Notes: generated from the letters alone by a model not told the origin. A stretch of DNA of 52,578 bases from Verrucomicrobiota bacterium (GCA_039815375.1 JBCBZJ010000021.1:1-52578); one strand, 5' to 3'. Positions 11,238 to 22,181 are shown, counted from the stretch's first letter. Program-made: numbers and translations.

Positions 11238-11600
<363 letters not shown>

Positions 11601-11625
11601 TTCGGGCGAGTCTCCCCTGTTCCCT

Positions 11626-11654
11626 CGGTCACCTGCATTCGGGTGGCCGTTTTT
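11626..11654 (+). terminator. Rho-independent terminator after P-II gene
   Basis: CGGTCACCTG-CATT-CGGGTGGCCG followed by TTTTT. Confidence 0.7.
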
Positions 11655-11689
11655 GTTGCTCCGTGCCCAGTTTCCTGAACACTGACCCC

Positions 11690-12799
11690 ATGCCGAAGAA
11701 AAAAACTGCCAGAAAAACCCCAATGAAAAAGAAGGCGACGAAGCCATACGAAGCACCTGACTTTCTTGTCGATCTGCTGAATGCCCGTTCGCCCACAGGG
11801 CACGAATATGAGGCACAGGCCGTTGTTGACCGCTATGTGGAGCACAAGGTCGATGCTTACCGTCGCGATACGATGGGTAACCGCTTCGCTACGGTGAACT
11901 GTGAGGGCGATCCCTCGGTTCTCTTTGCCGGCCACATTGATGAGCTTGGGCTCATTGTCACTTACATTAACGATAAAGGCTTTCTCTACTTCGATACCCT
12001 TGGTGGGCACGACAAGTCCATGATTTCCGGGCGTCGCGTTACCATTCTTACAAAAGACGGTGGGATCAAGGGTGTGACGGGTAAACGTGCCATCCACCTG
12101 ATGAGCCCGGAGGACCGCAAGAAGGTTCCCGATACGCATCAGATATGGATCGATATCGGGGCTAAGACCAAGGCCGAGGCTGAAGAGCTCGTCCGCATCG
12201 GCGATCCCGCAGTTTACGACCAGAGCTTTGAATTGATTCGAGGCAGTGTTGGCGTGGCTCGCGCCTTTGATGACAAGGCGGGCGCTTATGCGGTGCTCGA
12301 AGCGGCACGCCGTTTGACTAAGGGTAAGCTGAATGCTCGCGTCACGGCTGCTGCTACGACCCAGGAGGAGATCGGCACCCGCGGTGCGATGACTGCCGCC
12401 TATTCGGAAAATCCAGATTTCGCGATTGCGGTGGATGTCGGCCATGCGACGGATTCGCCCGATTGCGATCCTCGCAAATATGGTAGTTTCAAGCAAGGTG
12501 GAGGGCCCATCGTTTGCCGCGGGCCAAACATTAACCCGATCGTCTTTGACCGTATCGTCGAGTGTGCCGAGAAGGCCAAAATTCCCTACCAGCTTGAGGC
12601 CGATCCGCGACCAACCGGAACCGATGCGCGCGCCATTCAAGTAGCAGGTCCCGGTGTAGCTACCGGCCTGCTCTCCATCCCACTGCGCTATATGCACACC
12701 CCTAGCGAAATGGTCGACCTCGAGGATATCGAATACACCATCCAGTTGCTTGTTGCCTTTGCGCGCGCGCTCAAAAAGGGCGAACGTGGGATTTGGTAA
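11690..12799 (+). CDS. M42 family metallopeptidase (TET/FrvX-like)
   Basis: AGHIDELG, ARAFDDKAG, TQEEIG, AVDVGH and LRYMHTP. ATG at 11690 is preferred over GTG at 11663. Confidence 0.93.
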   Translation: MPKKKTARKTPMKKKATKPYEAPDFLVDLLNARSPTGHEYEAQAVVDRYVEHKVDAYRRDTMGNRFATVNCEGDPSVLFAGHIDELGLIVTYINDKGFLYFDTLGGHDKSMISGRRVTILTKDGGIKGVTGKRAIHLMSPEDRKKVPDTHQIWIDIGAKTKAEAEELVRIGDPAVYDQSFELIRGSVGVARAFDDKAGAYAVLEAARRLTKGKLNARVTAAATTQEEIGTRGAMTAAYSENPDFAIAVDVGHATDSPDCDPRKYGSFKQGGGPIVCRGPNINPIVFDRIVECAEKAKIPYQLEADPRPTGTDARAIQVAGPGVATGLLSIPLRYMHTPSEMVDLEDIEYTIQLLVAFARALKKGERGIW

Positions 12800-12949
12800 C
12801 GTATGTTGAGGCTACGCTGACGCTGCCATTCCAACGTAGAGAATAATTTCAGGCCTTTTCACTTCGCTCTCTTTCAGGGGAGCGAGGTTCGAGGGTTCTT
12901 TAGGCTCATTTTCTCCACTCTCCGGGTGAGAAAATCGTGTAGCTTTGTA

Positions 12950-14188
12950 TCAGTGCTCAACTTCAAGTTTCGCTCCTTTAGGCTGGCCGATGGACTCGAG
13001 GAGTTCTTCGAACCAGGGCGTATCAATATTGAAAGGCTTGCCTCCGGCGATGCGGGGAAATTCGATCGCACGCAGAATGTTTCGGTCGTCTTCGTCGTGA
13101 CCGATGACGCCGCTCTCACGAACGACAGCACAATCAACCGCGAGGTCGGTGCAGCTTTTGATTAGGCGTAAATCGTCAGCATTTGCCGGTGCGGCACGGG
13201 CAAAGTAGCCGCTCTTTTGGACGAGCACTTTCTCGGCATCGAGCATCTTCGCAAACTGTTGGCCAAACCATTTGCCGGGGTTTACTGCGTCGAGTTTGAC
13301 GTGCCCGAAAGCATCGCGGGGCACTTCCTCACCGGCGGCTTCCATTTCTTTTATGATGGTTTCCACCCCGGCACCTTCGGAGATGAAAATGTTGACGTTG
13401 TCATGCTCGTCCATGATGGCCTTGAGACGTGCAGCTTCTACCTGGATATCGAGGTCCATCTCGGGAATGAAGATTGCGTGCACATCCTTACGTTCGGCGG
13501 TCAGGCCAATTGCGTCGGCCCAGTCAAGGTCGTCGAGGCGCCTGCGGTAGACATCCGCTGTTGCAGCGGTGAGCCAGCCGCAATTGCGACCCATCACTTC
13601 GTGGATGATAAGCATGCGTGGATTGGCGTTGTGCTCGGCGACCACATTCTCGAAATACCTGGCACCTTCTTCAGCGGCGGTCCAGGCACCCAGGCTTTGG
13701 GCAATGGGAAAGACGTCGTTGTCAATGGTCTTGGGGAGGCCGACGACAGTAAGCGCGTAGTTGTTTTCGGCAAGATATGCAGCGAGGTCGGCAGCGGTGG
13801 TGTTGGTGTCGTCGCCTCCAATGGTATGGAGCACATCGACGCCGTCCTTGGTAAGCTGGTCTGCTGCAACTTTAAGCGGGTCTTCATCGTCCTGCACAAG
13901 GCCACGTTTCACACAATCTTTCACGTTGGTTAGTTTGACGCGGCTATTGCCGATCGGGCTGCCTCCATGCTTATGCAGAGTGGGGGCGTTGGCACGGATT
14001 TCCTCGGTTACGGAAATGCTTTCGCCAAGGAGTAGGCCTTTATAGCCGCCAGGGTAGCAAATGATTTCGATGTCCGGATAGAGCTCAGTGTAGCGCTCAA
14101 TGAGTCCGCCGATGGCAGAAGATAGGCAGGGTGCAAGACCGCCGGCGGTTAGAATCGCAACTTTTTGAACGGGTTTTACTTCGGGCAT
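12950..14188 (-). CDS. pfp: Pyrophosphate-dependent phosphofructokinase
   Basis: TAGGLAPCLS, GGDDT (Asp indicates PPi specificity), PKTIDND, EVMGR and RDAFGH. Confidence 0.93.
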   Translation of the reverse strand: MPEVKPVQKVAILTAGGLAPCLSSAIGGLIERYTELYPDIEIICYPGGYKGLLLGESISVTEEIRANAPTLHKHGGSPIGNSRVKLTNVKDCVKRGLVQDDEDPLKVAADQLTKDGVDVLHTIGGDDTNTTAADLAAYLAENNYALTVVGLPKTIDNDVFPIAQSLGAWTAAEEGARYFENVVAEHNANPRMLIIHEVMGRNCGWLTAATADVYRRRLDDLDWADAIGLTAERKDVHAIFIPEMDLDIQVEAARLKAIMDEHDNVNIFISEGAGVETIIKEMEAAGEEVPRDAFGHVKLDAVNPGKWFGQQFAKMLDAEKVLVQKSGYFARAAPANADDLRLIKSCTDLAVDCAVVRESGVIGHDEDDRNILRAIEFPRIAGGKPFNIDTPWFEELLESIGQPKGAKLEVEH

Positions 14189-14400
14189 GATAACTATAAA
14201 TTTAAAATTTAGGTTTAAGAGCGGGAGTTTTGTGAAGTTTTCGCACTCTCTGGCAAACCTGAATAGTCGATAGTTTGGGCCGTTCTTTCTGTTACCAAAT
14301 TTTTAAATTTGAGCTTATTGCGTTAATTTTACGTAAAGTGCCTTCTAACTTAGCTTAGTTTGGTTGAAAAAAGCAGGTATTAGTGCATCTTTTTAAAGTC

Positions 14401-15024
14401 ATGAATACTATTAAAAAACCTATATTAATTACCGTTTGTTCTACTATCCTAACGATTGGCACAACTAACGCTCAAGTGGATGTCGATTTGATTATCGAGT
14501 TCCCAGAATTCGCTGTTCTTGAATATTTAAGTGAGGTAACTGTAGACATTGAAGGTGGAGATCTCGGTGATGCCCTTTTCAGCACAGCCAGCAGCACCGC
14601 TGATGCTGGAGAAGCGAACTCGATCGACGACGGTAGCGAAACTCTAGAGGTAACTTTTGATACAGATTCGCTTGATGGAGACGAAACAACAGGCGCAACA
14701 GTGATGGGAACAGGAACAGCTCCATCGAGCATTAACGCGATTGGTCTTGAGCTCCCTGTCACCTGGGCAATCAGATCCAATGCTGCCGGGGATGTTACTG
14801 CATCAGCAGCTACTGGCTCGACTCTGACTGGTCCCGACGGCGCTACGATCGATTTGAGCAGCATTAGCGTTGTAGATGGTGATTTCGCAGCAACTGGTTT
14901 TGCAGTTGCAAACCGAGAGTTCGGTGGCGTGAGCATGAGTCTTGACCTAACCGACGCAACCACAGCCGGCACCTATGAGAATACGACTAACGCAAGCTAC
15001 ACTCTTTCTGTGGCTTTCGACTAG
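14401..15024 (+). CDS. Putative major pilin/fimbrial subunit
   Basis: Signal peptide ending TNA. Thr/Ala/Asp-rich beta-strand protein with C-terminal DLTDATTAGTY...YTLSV. First gene of a chaperone/usher-like cluster. Confidence 0.6.
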   Translation: MNTIKKPILITVCSTILTIGTTNAQVDVDLIIEFPEFAVLEYLSEVTVDIEGGDLGDALFSTASSTADAGEANSIDDGSETLEVTFDTDSLDGDETTGATVMGTGTAPSSINAIGLELPVTWAIRSNAAGDVTASAATGSTLTGPDGATIDLSSISVVDGDFAATGFAVANREFGGVSMSLDLTDATTAGTYENTTNASYTLSVAFD

Positions 15025-15547
15025 TTTGCCATTCTGCTCGACGTTGTATGCAATTTCCGAATCTATCGAGATAGACCGAGATTTTGCTTCAGCGTCGAGC
15101 GGACAGGTAAATCTCGGTTCAGTAGAGCTTTTTGAGCTTTTACCAGCTACTAACAGGGATAGCGGAATCGCATCCTTGAGAACGAGTTTCTCGGATAGAA
15201 ATTTTGTCGGAAACACTCCATTTCTGGACTCGTTCGAGCTGCCCGAATCTATCTACAAAAATGTTGTCATGACATGGAAAACCCCAGTGGATGCAGACGA
15301 TGATGCAGAATTGATCCGCTTCGAGGTGGAGTGGAACTGCCCTCGAGGCAGAGAGGGGGCTGCTGTAGTGGATGGTGAGTTTATCACTACGGGTATCTTG
15401 GTAGAAGCGGGTCCGGTCCGGTTAGTAGATACCGATACCTCTGCCCAGACCTGGGAATCCGAGCTGCGCCTTCGCCTCCCTCTTGAAGCACTCAGTCGAT
15501 CTGGTTTCCTTGAAGGGTGCCTTTCAATTAATCCCATTTATCGCTAA
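14975..15547 (+). CDS. Putative minor pilin-like secreted protein
   Basis: Signal-like N-terminus ending TLYA. C-terminal LRLPLEALSRSGFLEGCLSI parallels the major subunit C-terminus. Start uncertain. Confidence 0.5.
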   Translation: MRIRLTQATLFLWLSTSLPFCSTLYAISESIEIDRDFASASSGQVNLGSVELFELLPATNRDSGIASLRTSFSDRNFVGNTPFLDSFELPESIYKNVVMTWKTPVDADDDAELIRFEVEWNCPRGREGAAVVDGEFITTGILVEAGPVRLVDTDTSAQTWESELRLRLPLEALSRSGFLEGCLSINPIYR

Positions 15548-15556
15548 CACCCTAAG

Positions 15557-16396
15557 TTGAATAATAAAATAATAGCTTTTTTCTGCGCGTTGATCTTTGT
15601 GGTTGTTTCCACAGAAGGTAAGAACGGAAGGATTATCATTAGTCCGCCAGTTCAGATGGTTGACATGGAAAAGAAAAACCGAGTCTACAGTTACGAGTTT
15701 TCAAACTACGGAGACAAACCAGTCGGTGTTCAGGTTGAAATCAGTAATTGGACCAAGGATGAGAATAACAAGATGGTTCTAATTCCTTCAGAGCCTGATT
15801 CTTTTGATCAGTGGATTATTGCGACTCCTGTAGATTTTACTGTTCCTCCAAACGGTCGGCAGGTTGTTCGATTCACGGTTAGGCCGGCAGTGGAGTTAAG
15901 TGAAGGTGAGCACCACGCAGCGTTTGTTTTCAAGGAGAGATTGTTACAGGACACTATTACGGAAAAACGTGAAGATGATTTAGTAATCCGCAATTTATTC
16001 GAAATCAAAAGTGCGGTCTATGCTGAAGTTGGCGAAGTCACTCGTTCGGGTAATTTCACTGAATTTGCCCTGTCTGAGAATGGTTTTTTGACCAATATCC
16101 AGAGTCTCGGAAACGGCCACGTGAGGCCAAGCGGACGCTTCCAGATCTGGGAATCAGGCAGATTTCCGGGGAAAGAGAGTGCTTTGAGAATTGATCCCGA
16201 ATCGACAGAAAAGCCGGATGGGCTGGTTTACCTGAGTCGTTTACGCAAGGGGTCTGTGCTCGGAGGGCAGACAAAATGGCTTCGGCACAGTCTTTCGAAT
16301 TTGGAGCTTGAGAAAGGCGCCTACCAAGTTTTCCTTTATGGCTATCTTGGTGACCGTTCTTTTGAGGAGGTTGTCGCACTTTCGGTTAGTAACTAA
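15557..16396 (+). CDS. PapD-like periplasmic pilus chaperone
   Basis: Signal peptide, IIISPP, then WIIATPVDFTVPPNGRQVVRFTVRP...GEHHAAFVF and a second domain with GNGHVRP. Confidence 0.75.
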   Translation: MNNKIIAFFCALIFVVVSTEGKNGRIIISPPVQMVDMEKKNRVYSYEFSNYGDKPVGVQVEISNWTKDENNKMVLIPSEPDSFDQWIIATPVDFTVPPNGRQVVRFTVRPAVELSEGEHHAAFVFKERLLQDTITEKREDDLVIRNLFEIKSAVYAEVGEVTRSGNFTEFALSENGFLTNIQSLGNGHVRPSGRFQIWESGRFPGKESALRIDPESTEKPDGLVYLSRLRKGSVLGGQTKWLRHSLSNLELEKGAYQVFLYGYLGDRSFEEVVALSVSN

Positions 16397-16422
16397 AACG
16401 CTCTGAACTTGGGTTTTTTCTT

Positions 16423-19002
16423 TTGAGCATTCGCCATCATGCTGGAACGAGATGGTCTTTCTCACTCTGTTTAGTCGGTTTATTTGTTTCTCTTTTCGGG
16501 ACCGCTGAATCTCAGGATTTTGACGAAGCGCCTTTGGTGGTAGGCTCAAATGAGATTCTAGAATTGAATGATGGGGTTCTTGAGCTGCTTGGACTAATTG
16601 TAAACGGTAAGGAACTTGATAGCGGTATCGTCGCTCGATTAGATCGTTCCGGTAATCGTTGGTTGCCTATCGAAGCGCTTACAGATGCCTTAATGGTAAA
16701 CGGTTTGAAGATGTTGGAAGGCCGGTTGGTGTTTAAAACACCATTGGGTTTGGCTGAAATCAGTTACAGTGACATTAGGCGCTTTGATAACGAGCTATTC
16801 GTCGAGCAGAATGTATTTGCAGACGCTACGGCAGGACAGGCTTCATTTGATGCGGAATCTTATTCTTTGGAGCTACGCTTTACCTGGACGCCTAAGCTTG
16901 AGGAGGATTCCGAGGAAGCTGGCGATATTAGAGAAAACCCGATCAGGCCTGAAATTGTAGCACCTCTATTCGATCTTTCGCGATTTCGTGGCGAGATCCG
17001 AACTACTGAAGAATCTGGCAGGGGCACTCAGACAAATGGGTTCGCTCAGTTTTATGGGCGCGCTGGTCCCGGAACTTTTCAGGGGCGCTTTCGTAGCAAT
17101 TCGGAAGGCGAGTATACTTTGGATAACTACCAATGGCGGACGCGAGGCGGTAACTTTGCCGGTTTAGTTGGTAATGAGGTGGTCGGAGTGCATAGCTTAC
17201 TCGATTCGACTGATTTTACAGGTGCTCAGGGAGCATGGAGCAACCTTCCCGACAAGCTATTGGTCGATGCTGGTAGTGATCGCCGCGGCCTGGTTGAGAG
17301 CAGGGTATCGCCGGTCCGCAATCTCAGGGGTCAGGGCCCAGCCGGAGGAATTGCTGAGTTGAGAATAGATGGTGTTGTGGTTGCCAGTCAGAGAATCCCT
17401 TTGGATGGAGAGTTTGAATTTCTAGGGGTTGATACGCCACTAGGTGTCTCGCAGGTAGAGGTCGCATTGAGTCGTCCATTTAATTTAGCAACGCCATCGG
17501 AGATCATCGATTTTAGCGATCGTGCATCGGCCGAATTGCTTCCGGCGGGTGGTGCAGTGGTAACTGGGGGTCTGGGAGTGAATGGCAACCCTCTCTCGGA
17601 GATTTCCTCGGAAGAGGATTATGCAGCGGCAGGTTTTATTCACGGGCGCTACGGATTGTCTGAGCGGTTTACACTTGAGGCCGGTCTCCAGTCATTTGAT
17701 GGGGAGGAAGAGTCGTTCTTCGGTTTTGTGTCCAATCTTGGCCCCTATGCGCTAATCAGTGCAGCCTATGGTCAGTCTGGGAGCGAGTCGGCTTATCAGT
17801 TTAGTCTAGAGGGAGAGAAGGGGCCTTTTCGGTGGCGCGGCAGCTTCCTGGAGCAGGAAGCTTTCTTCAATGATGATAGCGACCGTGTCCGGGATGCGCG
17901 CGGCGAATTCAGTTGGCAATACTCAAGAGCACTTGAGCTCGGTTTGATCGGGCGAGAGCGATTTGGGGAAGGAACGGACGCGAACTATGTATTGCCGTGG
18001 ATCGAGATTCGTCCCAATTCTTCTATTCTTTGGCGGAGTCGCCCCGATAGTTTCGGAGAATACGTCCACGACTTTCGCTGGCGATTCAACCGGATGACTC
18101 GATTGAATGCTCAGGGAGATGACGATTCTGTTCGCGCAAGTTTGAACCATCGCTGGTCAAGCAGCTGGTCGTCTTCTCTTTCAGCGGTCCGCGAGTTTGA
18201 GGTAAACTCCTCGCTCTATACTCTTGCGAACACTTTTCGCGAAATGGATCCCTATGGTTGGAGAGTCGACTTCGGGCTTTCGTCGACTTCGGTCGACGTG
18301 GGGGCTTTCCTACAGGTTGAGCGTGAGGTTCTTCCGGGGCTCCGCCTGCGTGGAGAGCTTCGGCAGGACCCAAGCGGAGAACAAAGTGAAGGGGGACGTT
18401 TTTTAGGTCTTACCGCATCGTTTGACTTCAGCCGCGCGGGCCAAGGCTTTACCCGAAGCCGTGCAGTTCGGCCGAATAGTGGATCCATTGGCGGTCGTAT
18501 TATCGGGGCAGGTCGCTCGATGCCAAACCTCGAAGGTGTCGGAATTAGCGTGAATGGGCGCACACTTGCCGAGGCCGATGAGAATGGCCGTTTTAGCGTG
18601 CCGGACCTGGAAGCAGATGTTTATGAGATCTCGTTGGATGAGTCGAGGCTACCCATAGAGCTCAACAATCAAGGTCCACCTAAATGGGTTGAGGTTGTCG
18701 ACGGAGCTTCGACTTCGGTTAATCTTGAGGTTACTTTACTACTGGGTGTAGCGGGCTCCATTCTTGGCTATACTCCATCCGATATGGAGCGCGATCTATC
18801 AGTCATCATTCTGGATCAAGGTGGAAAGTTTGTCGCGAGCAGCCGTTTGACGCGTTTCGGATATTGGCGAATCGATGGGCTGCCTCCCGGTGAGTATACG
18901 GCGACGCTGGTTGAAAGCGAGGGCCGTAAGATTCAGGAACAGGCAATCAAACTGGTGGATAAATTTCTCTTTAGGCAGGATTTCACTCTGAAGGAAATTT
19001 AA
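16423..19002 (+). CDS. Usher-like outer-membrane protein with C-terminal carboxypeptidase-regulatory-like domains
   Basis: 859 aa with a signal peptide. Plug-like LRGQGPAGGIAELRIDG, YGLSERFTLEAG, amphipathic beta-strands, and C-terminal ADENGRFSVPDL and GYWRIDGLPPGEY. Confidence 0.7.
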   Translation: MSIRHHAGTRWSFSLCLVGLFVSLFGTAESQDFDEAPLVVGSNEILELNDGVLELLGLIVNGKELDSGIVARLDRSGNRWLPIEALTDALMVNGLKMLEGRLVFKTPLGLAEISYSDIRRFDNELFVEQNVFADATAGQASFDAESYSLELRFTWTPKLEEDSEEAGDIRENPIRPEIVAPLFDLSRFRGEIRTTEESGRGTQTNGFAQFYGRAGPGTFQGRFRSNSEGEYTLDNYQWRTRGGNFAGLVGNEVVGVHSLLDSTDFTGAQGAWSNLPDKLLVDAGSDRRGLVESRVSPVRNLRGQGPAGGIAELRIDGVVVASQRIPLDGEFEFLGVDTPLGVSQVEVALSRPFNLATPSEIIDFSDRASAELLPAGGAVVTGGLGVNGNPLSEISSEEDYAAAGFIHGRYGLSERFTLEAGLQSFDGEEESFFGFVSNLGPYALISAAYGQSGSESAYQFSLEGEKGPFRWRGSFLEQEAFFNDDSDRVRDARGEFSWQYSRALELGLIGRERFGEGTDANYVLPWIEIRPNSSILWRSRPDSFGEYVHDFRWRFNRMTRLNAQGDDDSVRASLNHRWSSSWSSSLSAVREFEVNSSLYTLANTFREMDPYGWRVDFGLSSTSVDVGAFLQVEREVLPGLRLRGELRQDPSGEQSEGGRFLGLTASFDFSRAGQGFTRSRAVRPNSGSIGGRIIGAGRSMPNLEGVGISVNGRTLAEADENGRFSVPDLEADVYEISLDESRLPIELNNQGPPKWVEVVDGASTSVNLEVTLLLGVAGSILGYTPSDMERDLSVIILDQGGKFVASSRLTRFGYWRIDGLPPGEYTATLVESEGRKIQEQAIKLVDKFLFRQDFTLKEI

Positions 19003-19061
19003 TACCTTCTTCCGTTCTTTTTACCTGCGGGTATTTTTTTCCAGGCCTTGCGCAAATTGTC

Positions 19062-20441
19062 ATGCCTTGCAGCATGCAAGACATGTCTGAACCGAATCTA
19101 GAGAAAATCGCGATGCGTAACGTGCGCAGCTTTACACTGTTTCGCGTCTTTTTCTCGGCTCGCTTCTACTATCCGGTTTATGCGCTGCTCTTTCTTGACT
19201 ACGGGTTGACGCTGGCACAGTTCGGAATGCTCAATGCGATCTGGGCGGCAACGATTGTTTTGGCGGAAGTGCCCTCCGGGGCATTGGCTGACACGATAGG
19301 GCGCCGCAATCTATTGATCGGTACGGGTGTCCTGATGGTTTTGGAAATGGGCGTGCTTCTGATCGCGCCAATAGACGGTGGGACCTTGCTTTTCGGCCTT
19401 TTCTTTGCCAATCGAGTGATCAGCGGGCTGGCGGAGGCGGCGGCAAGTGGTGCGGACGAGGCGTTGACCTACGATTCGCTCAAGGCAGCGGGTCTCGAGC
19501 ACAAGTGGGGCCTCGTCCTTGAGCGAGTGCAGCGGGATACTTCGATTGCCTTCTTCTTTGCTATGATGACTGGCGCGGCGATCTACGATCCACAAATGGT
19601 CAATGCAGTGCTCTCGTTCTTCGGCGCGGGCTACCATGTGGAGCAGCATCAACTGATTAAGCTGCCGATCTTGCTGACCTTCTTTTCTGGGATTATCGTC
19701 TTCTTTATGGCGCTGCGTATGCGGGAGTGCGTTGAGATCGAGCACCAGGGTGTGGGGGAAACGTTGGCCAAAAGCTGGCGGCAAACGCAGTCGGCGGCCC
19801 GCTGGATTTGGACTACTTCGGCGCCCTTTGGTATTCTCCTCGCGGTGATGGCTCTGGACAATGTGATCCGGCAGTTTCTGACGATTGCAAGTGAGTATTG
19901 GAATGTCATTCAGTTGCCGATTGCGACCTATGGCCTGATCGGCTCGGGTATGGCCTTACTGGGGCTTTTCGTTCCACGCATTGCCAGGAAGATGGCCGAG
20001 AACGGATCGCCGCTCAGGAACTTTCTGATTACTGCAGGTGTAGTGCTTGTCGGCCTGATCGGTCTGGCCTTTGCCTTTCCCTATTGGGGCATTTTGCCGG
20101 CTATTCTACTCTGGGTCGGTATGGGCCTGACTAACTTTTTCGTTAGCCGCTACCTCAATGAGGCTGCGCCGTCCGAGCAGCGAGCCACGGTTCTCAGTTT
20201 CAAGGGGCTCTCCACGAATTTCGCATATGGAGCCGTTTCAATCTTCTACTCACTTTTGATCGCCCAGATCAAGGCGGGTGAGTCCGTTCAGGCTATTTCC
20301 GATGGAGCAGAGCAGCAGAAAGCTGTTTTTATTGATTCACTGGCGTGGTTTCCCGGCTATTTCGCCGTAACGGTGCTAGCGGTGTTTGTGATGCACCGCA
20401 TCCGGTTTTTTAAAGGCTCATCGAACAAACGCGTATTGTGA
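19062..20441 (+). CDS. MFS transporter
   Basis: About 12 TM segments, EVPSGALADTIGRR motif A and SGADEALTYDSL. The start may be 19083. Confidence 0.92.
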   Translation: MPCSMQDMSEPNLEKIAMRNVRSFTLFRVFFSARFYYPVYALLFLDYGLTLAQFGMLNAIWAATIVLAEVPSGALADTIGRRNLLIGTGVLMVLEMGVLLIAPIDGGTLLFGLFFANRVISGLAEAAASGADEALTYDSLKAAGLEHKWGLVLERVQRDTSIAFFFAMMTGAAIYDPQMVNAVLSFFGAGYHVEQHQLIKLPILLTFFSGIIVFFMALRMRECVEIEHQGVGETLAKSWRQTQSAARWIWTTSAPFGILLAVMALDNVIRQFLTIASEYWNVIQLPIATYGLIGSGMALLGLFVPRIARKMAENGSPLRNFLITAGVVLVGLIGLAFAFPYWGILPAILLWVGMGLTNFFVSRYLNEAAPSEQRATVLSFKGLSTNFAYGAVSIFYSLLIAQIKAGESVQAISDGAEQQKAVFIDSLAWFPGYFAVTVLAVFVMHRIRFFKGSSNKRVL

Positions 20442-20643
20442 CCTCTTTGTCACAGCAGGAATGCCGCTTGCTTTTTTCAGAGATTAGTCGATAAGCGATC
20501 TTAGACTATGTCACCTGTTAAGATTCAGAGCGTGGGTATGCTATCCGTTTGAAAGAGAAATTGCATTCATCCGGAAGAAGTCCGTCATACTGGCGGGACT
20601 CAGGGCAAAGAAGCAAGTGCGTTAGTCTTAAGAAAAGAAATCA

Positions 20644-21081
20644 ATGAATACAAAGATGTATGTAGGCAATCTGTCCTACGACGCTACTGATAGTGATATC
20701 CGCGAGTTTTTCGAAGCTCATGGAACCGTAACCGACGTTTTCATCGTCAAAGACCGAGAGTCAGGCCGCCCGCGCGGTTTCGCATTCGTCTCGATGGAAA
20801 CCCCCGAGCAAATGACAGCTGCCATTGAAGGCCTCAATGGTCAGGAATTCCTTGGTCGACCCCTGACAATTAATGAGGCACGTCCGCGTGAAGAACGCCC
20901 CCAAGGTGGTGGCGGTGGCGGCGGTGGTCGCAAATTCGGCGGCGGCGGAGGTGGCTACGGCGGCGGAGGCCGCGGTGGTGATCGCCGTGGTGGCGGTGGC
21001 TATGGCGGCGGTGGTCGCGGTGGCGATCGTCGTGGAGGCTTCGATCGTGGTCGCCGTGGAGGTGACTCCGGCGAATACTAA
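20644..21081 (+). CDS. RRM RNA-binding protein with Gly/Arg-rich tail
   Basis: RNP2 MYVGNL, RNP1 RGFAFVSM and INEARPRE. The tail has two copies of [15 protein letters not shown]. Confidence 0.96.
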   Translation: MNTKMYVGNLSYDATDSDIREFFEAHGTVTDVFIVKDRESGRPRGFAFVSMETPEQMTAAIEGLNGQEFLGRPLTINEARPREERPQGGGGGGGGRKFGGGGGGYGGGGRGGDRRGGGGYGGGGRGGDRRGGFDRGRRGGDSGEY

Positions 21082-21105
21082 GCTCGAGCTTCAGTTTTTT
21101 ACTTC

Positions 21106-21147
21106 AGCTATGAACGGCTCCCCAATGGGGCAGTTCATGGCTTTTTT
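21106..21147 (+). terminator. Rho-independent terminator between convergent genes
   Basis: AGCTATGAAC...CCCC-AAT-GGGG...GTTCATGGCT followed by TTTTT. Confidence 0.75.
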
Positions 21148-21158
21148 GTGCCCTGAAA

Positions 21159-22037
21159 TCATTCAGTAAATAGCCCCATGGAAACCAGTGCCCGCAACCG
21201 ATCCGTTGCAGTCGCCGAGGTCTTTGCGATAAAGCCTTGTTTATGCGCAAAATGCACGTCGGGCTGACTCTCGATCCTAGTAAAATCGATCCGCGGGTTA
21301 TCATTGAAACGGCGCATGCCGTAGCCTTCTCCACGACGGTCGGGATAGACCATAACGAGCACGTCTTCCCCAAGGCCCTGCTCCTCGATGTAGCGTCCGA
21401 GCCCTGCAGAAGGTTCCTCGGGTAGAGGCTCTGTGCGCGGCATGAAAACTGCCTTGAAGCCATCAAGCTCCCAAACTTCCGCATGCTCCGCGATAAAGTT
21501 TAAGCGCTCGCGGAGGCTGGTGATGTAGTCGACGAGATCTTCGCCGATCATGCGCATGAGCTCCCAAATTGGTTCGCCCGATTGGTGCGTTGTCTGCGCG
21601 GCGAAGCGGCGGAGTAGGGTGACATCAATTGGCGAGTTTAGCTTGGCCATCGCCTCGCGGTCGACGCCAAGCCATTTCCCGGTTTCTTTCGGTCCGCGGC
21701 AATCAAACCATTCGGCTACCTCGAGCCAGTCGCAGAACTCTTTGGCATCCTCGTAGAGCCCCATGCTTTGGAGCACGAGCGAGAGCGCACAGGTTGGGGC
21801 CTGCTCTTTTGGAAACTGGTGGTGGTCGAAGTTGTTCAGCACTGGATCGTGTTTGTGGCCAATATCGACTACGGCGACCCTAGGATCTGTGAGATCTGCC
21901 TCAGTCGGATCACGGCGCTCGATCGAAACAGGCGCTCGTGCCAGTAGGAGCGCGCAGGCAAGAAAGTCGTCTTTATGGGCTCCGCCCGGGTGAGTTATGA
22001 TTGAGGTCATCTGCATCGGCTCAAAGTCGATGATCAA
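21159..22037 (-). CDS. MYG1/UPF0160-like DHH-family hydrolase
   Basis: THPGGAHKDD, VDIG, NFDHHQ and FAHKQGFIAKT. The true start is probably a few codons downstream. Confidence 0.85.
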   Translation of the reverse strand: MIIDFEPMQMTSIITHPGGAHKDDFLACALLLARAPVSIERRDPTEADLTDPRVAVVDIGHKHDPVLNNFDHHQFPKEQAPTCALSLVLQSMGLYEDAKEFCDWLEVAEWFDCRGPKETGKWLGVDREAMAKLNSPIDVTLLRRFAAQTTHQSGEPIWELMRMIGEDLVDYITSLRERLNFIAEHAEVWELDGFKAVFMPRTEPLPEEPSAGLGRYIEEQGLGEDVLVMVYPDRRGEGYGMRRFNDNPRIDFTRIESQPDVHFAHKQGFIAKTSATATDRLRALVSMGLFTE

Positions 22038-22181
22038 ATGCGAAGCGTCGAGTACCGAAGGGTTGTTGCGCCTTTAAAATATAGATCACCTCATCAGGTA
22101 GGTGAGACGCAACAGATGTGTTCTATCACGAGCCGCGTATTTTTTCGACTTGGAGAACTTTGTGTCGGGCTCGATTCGGAG

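Noticed and set aside
20900..21065. GGC/GGT-rich repeats
   Set aside because: They encode the Gly-rich tail of the RRM protein and are not a DNA repeat element or CRISPR array.
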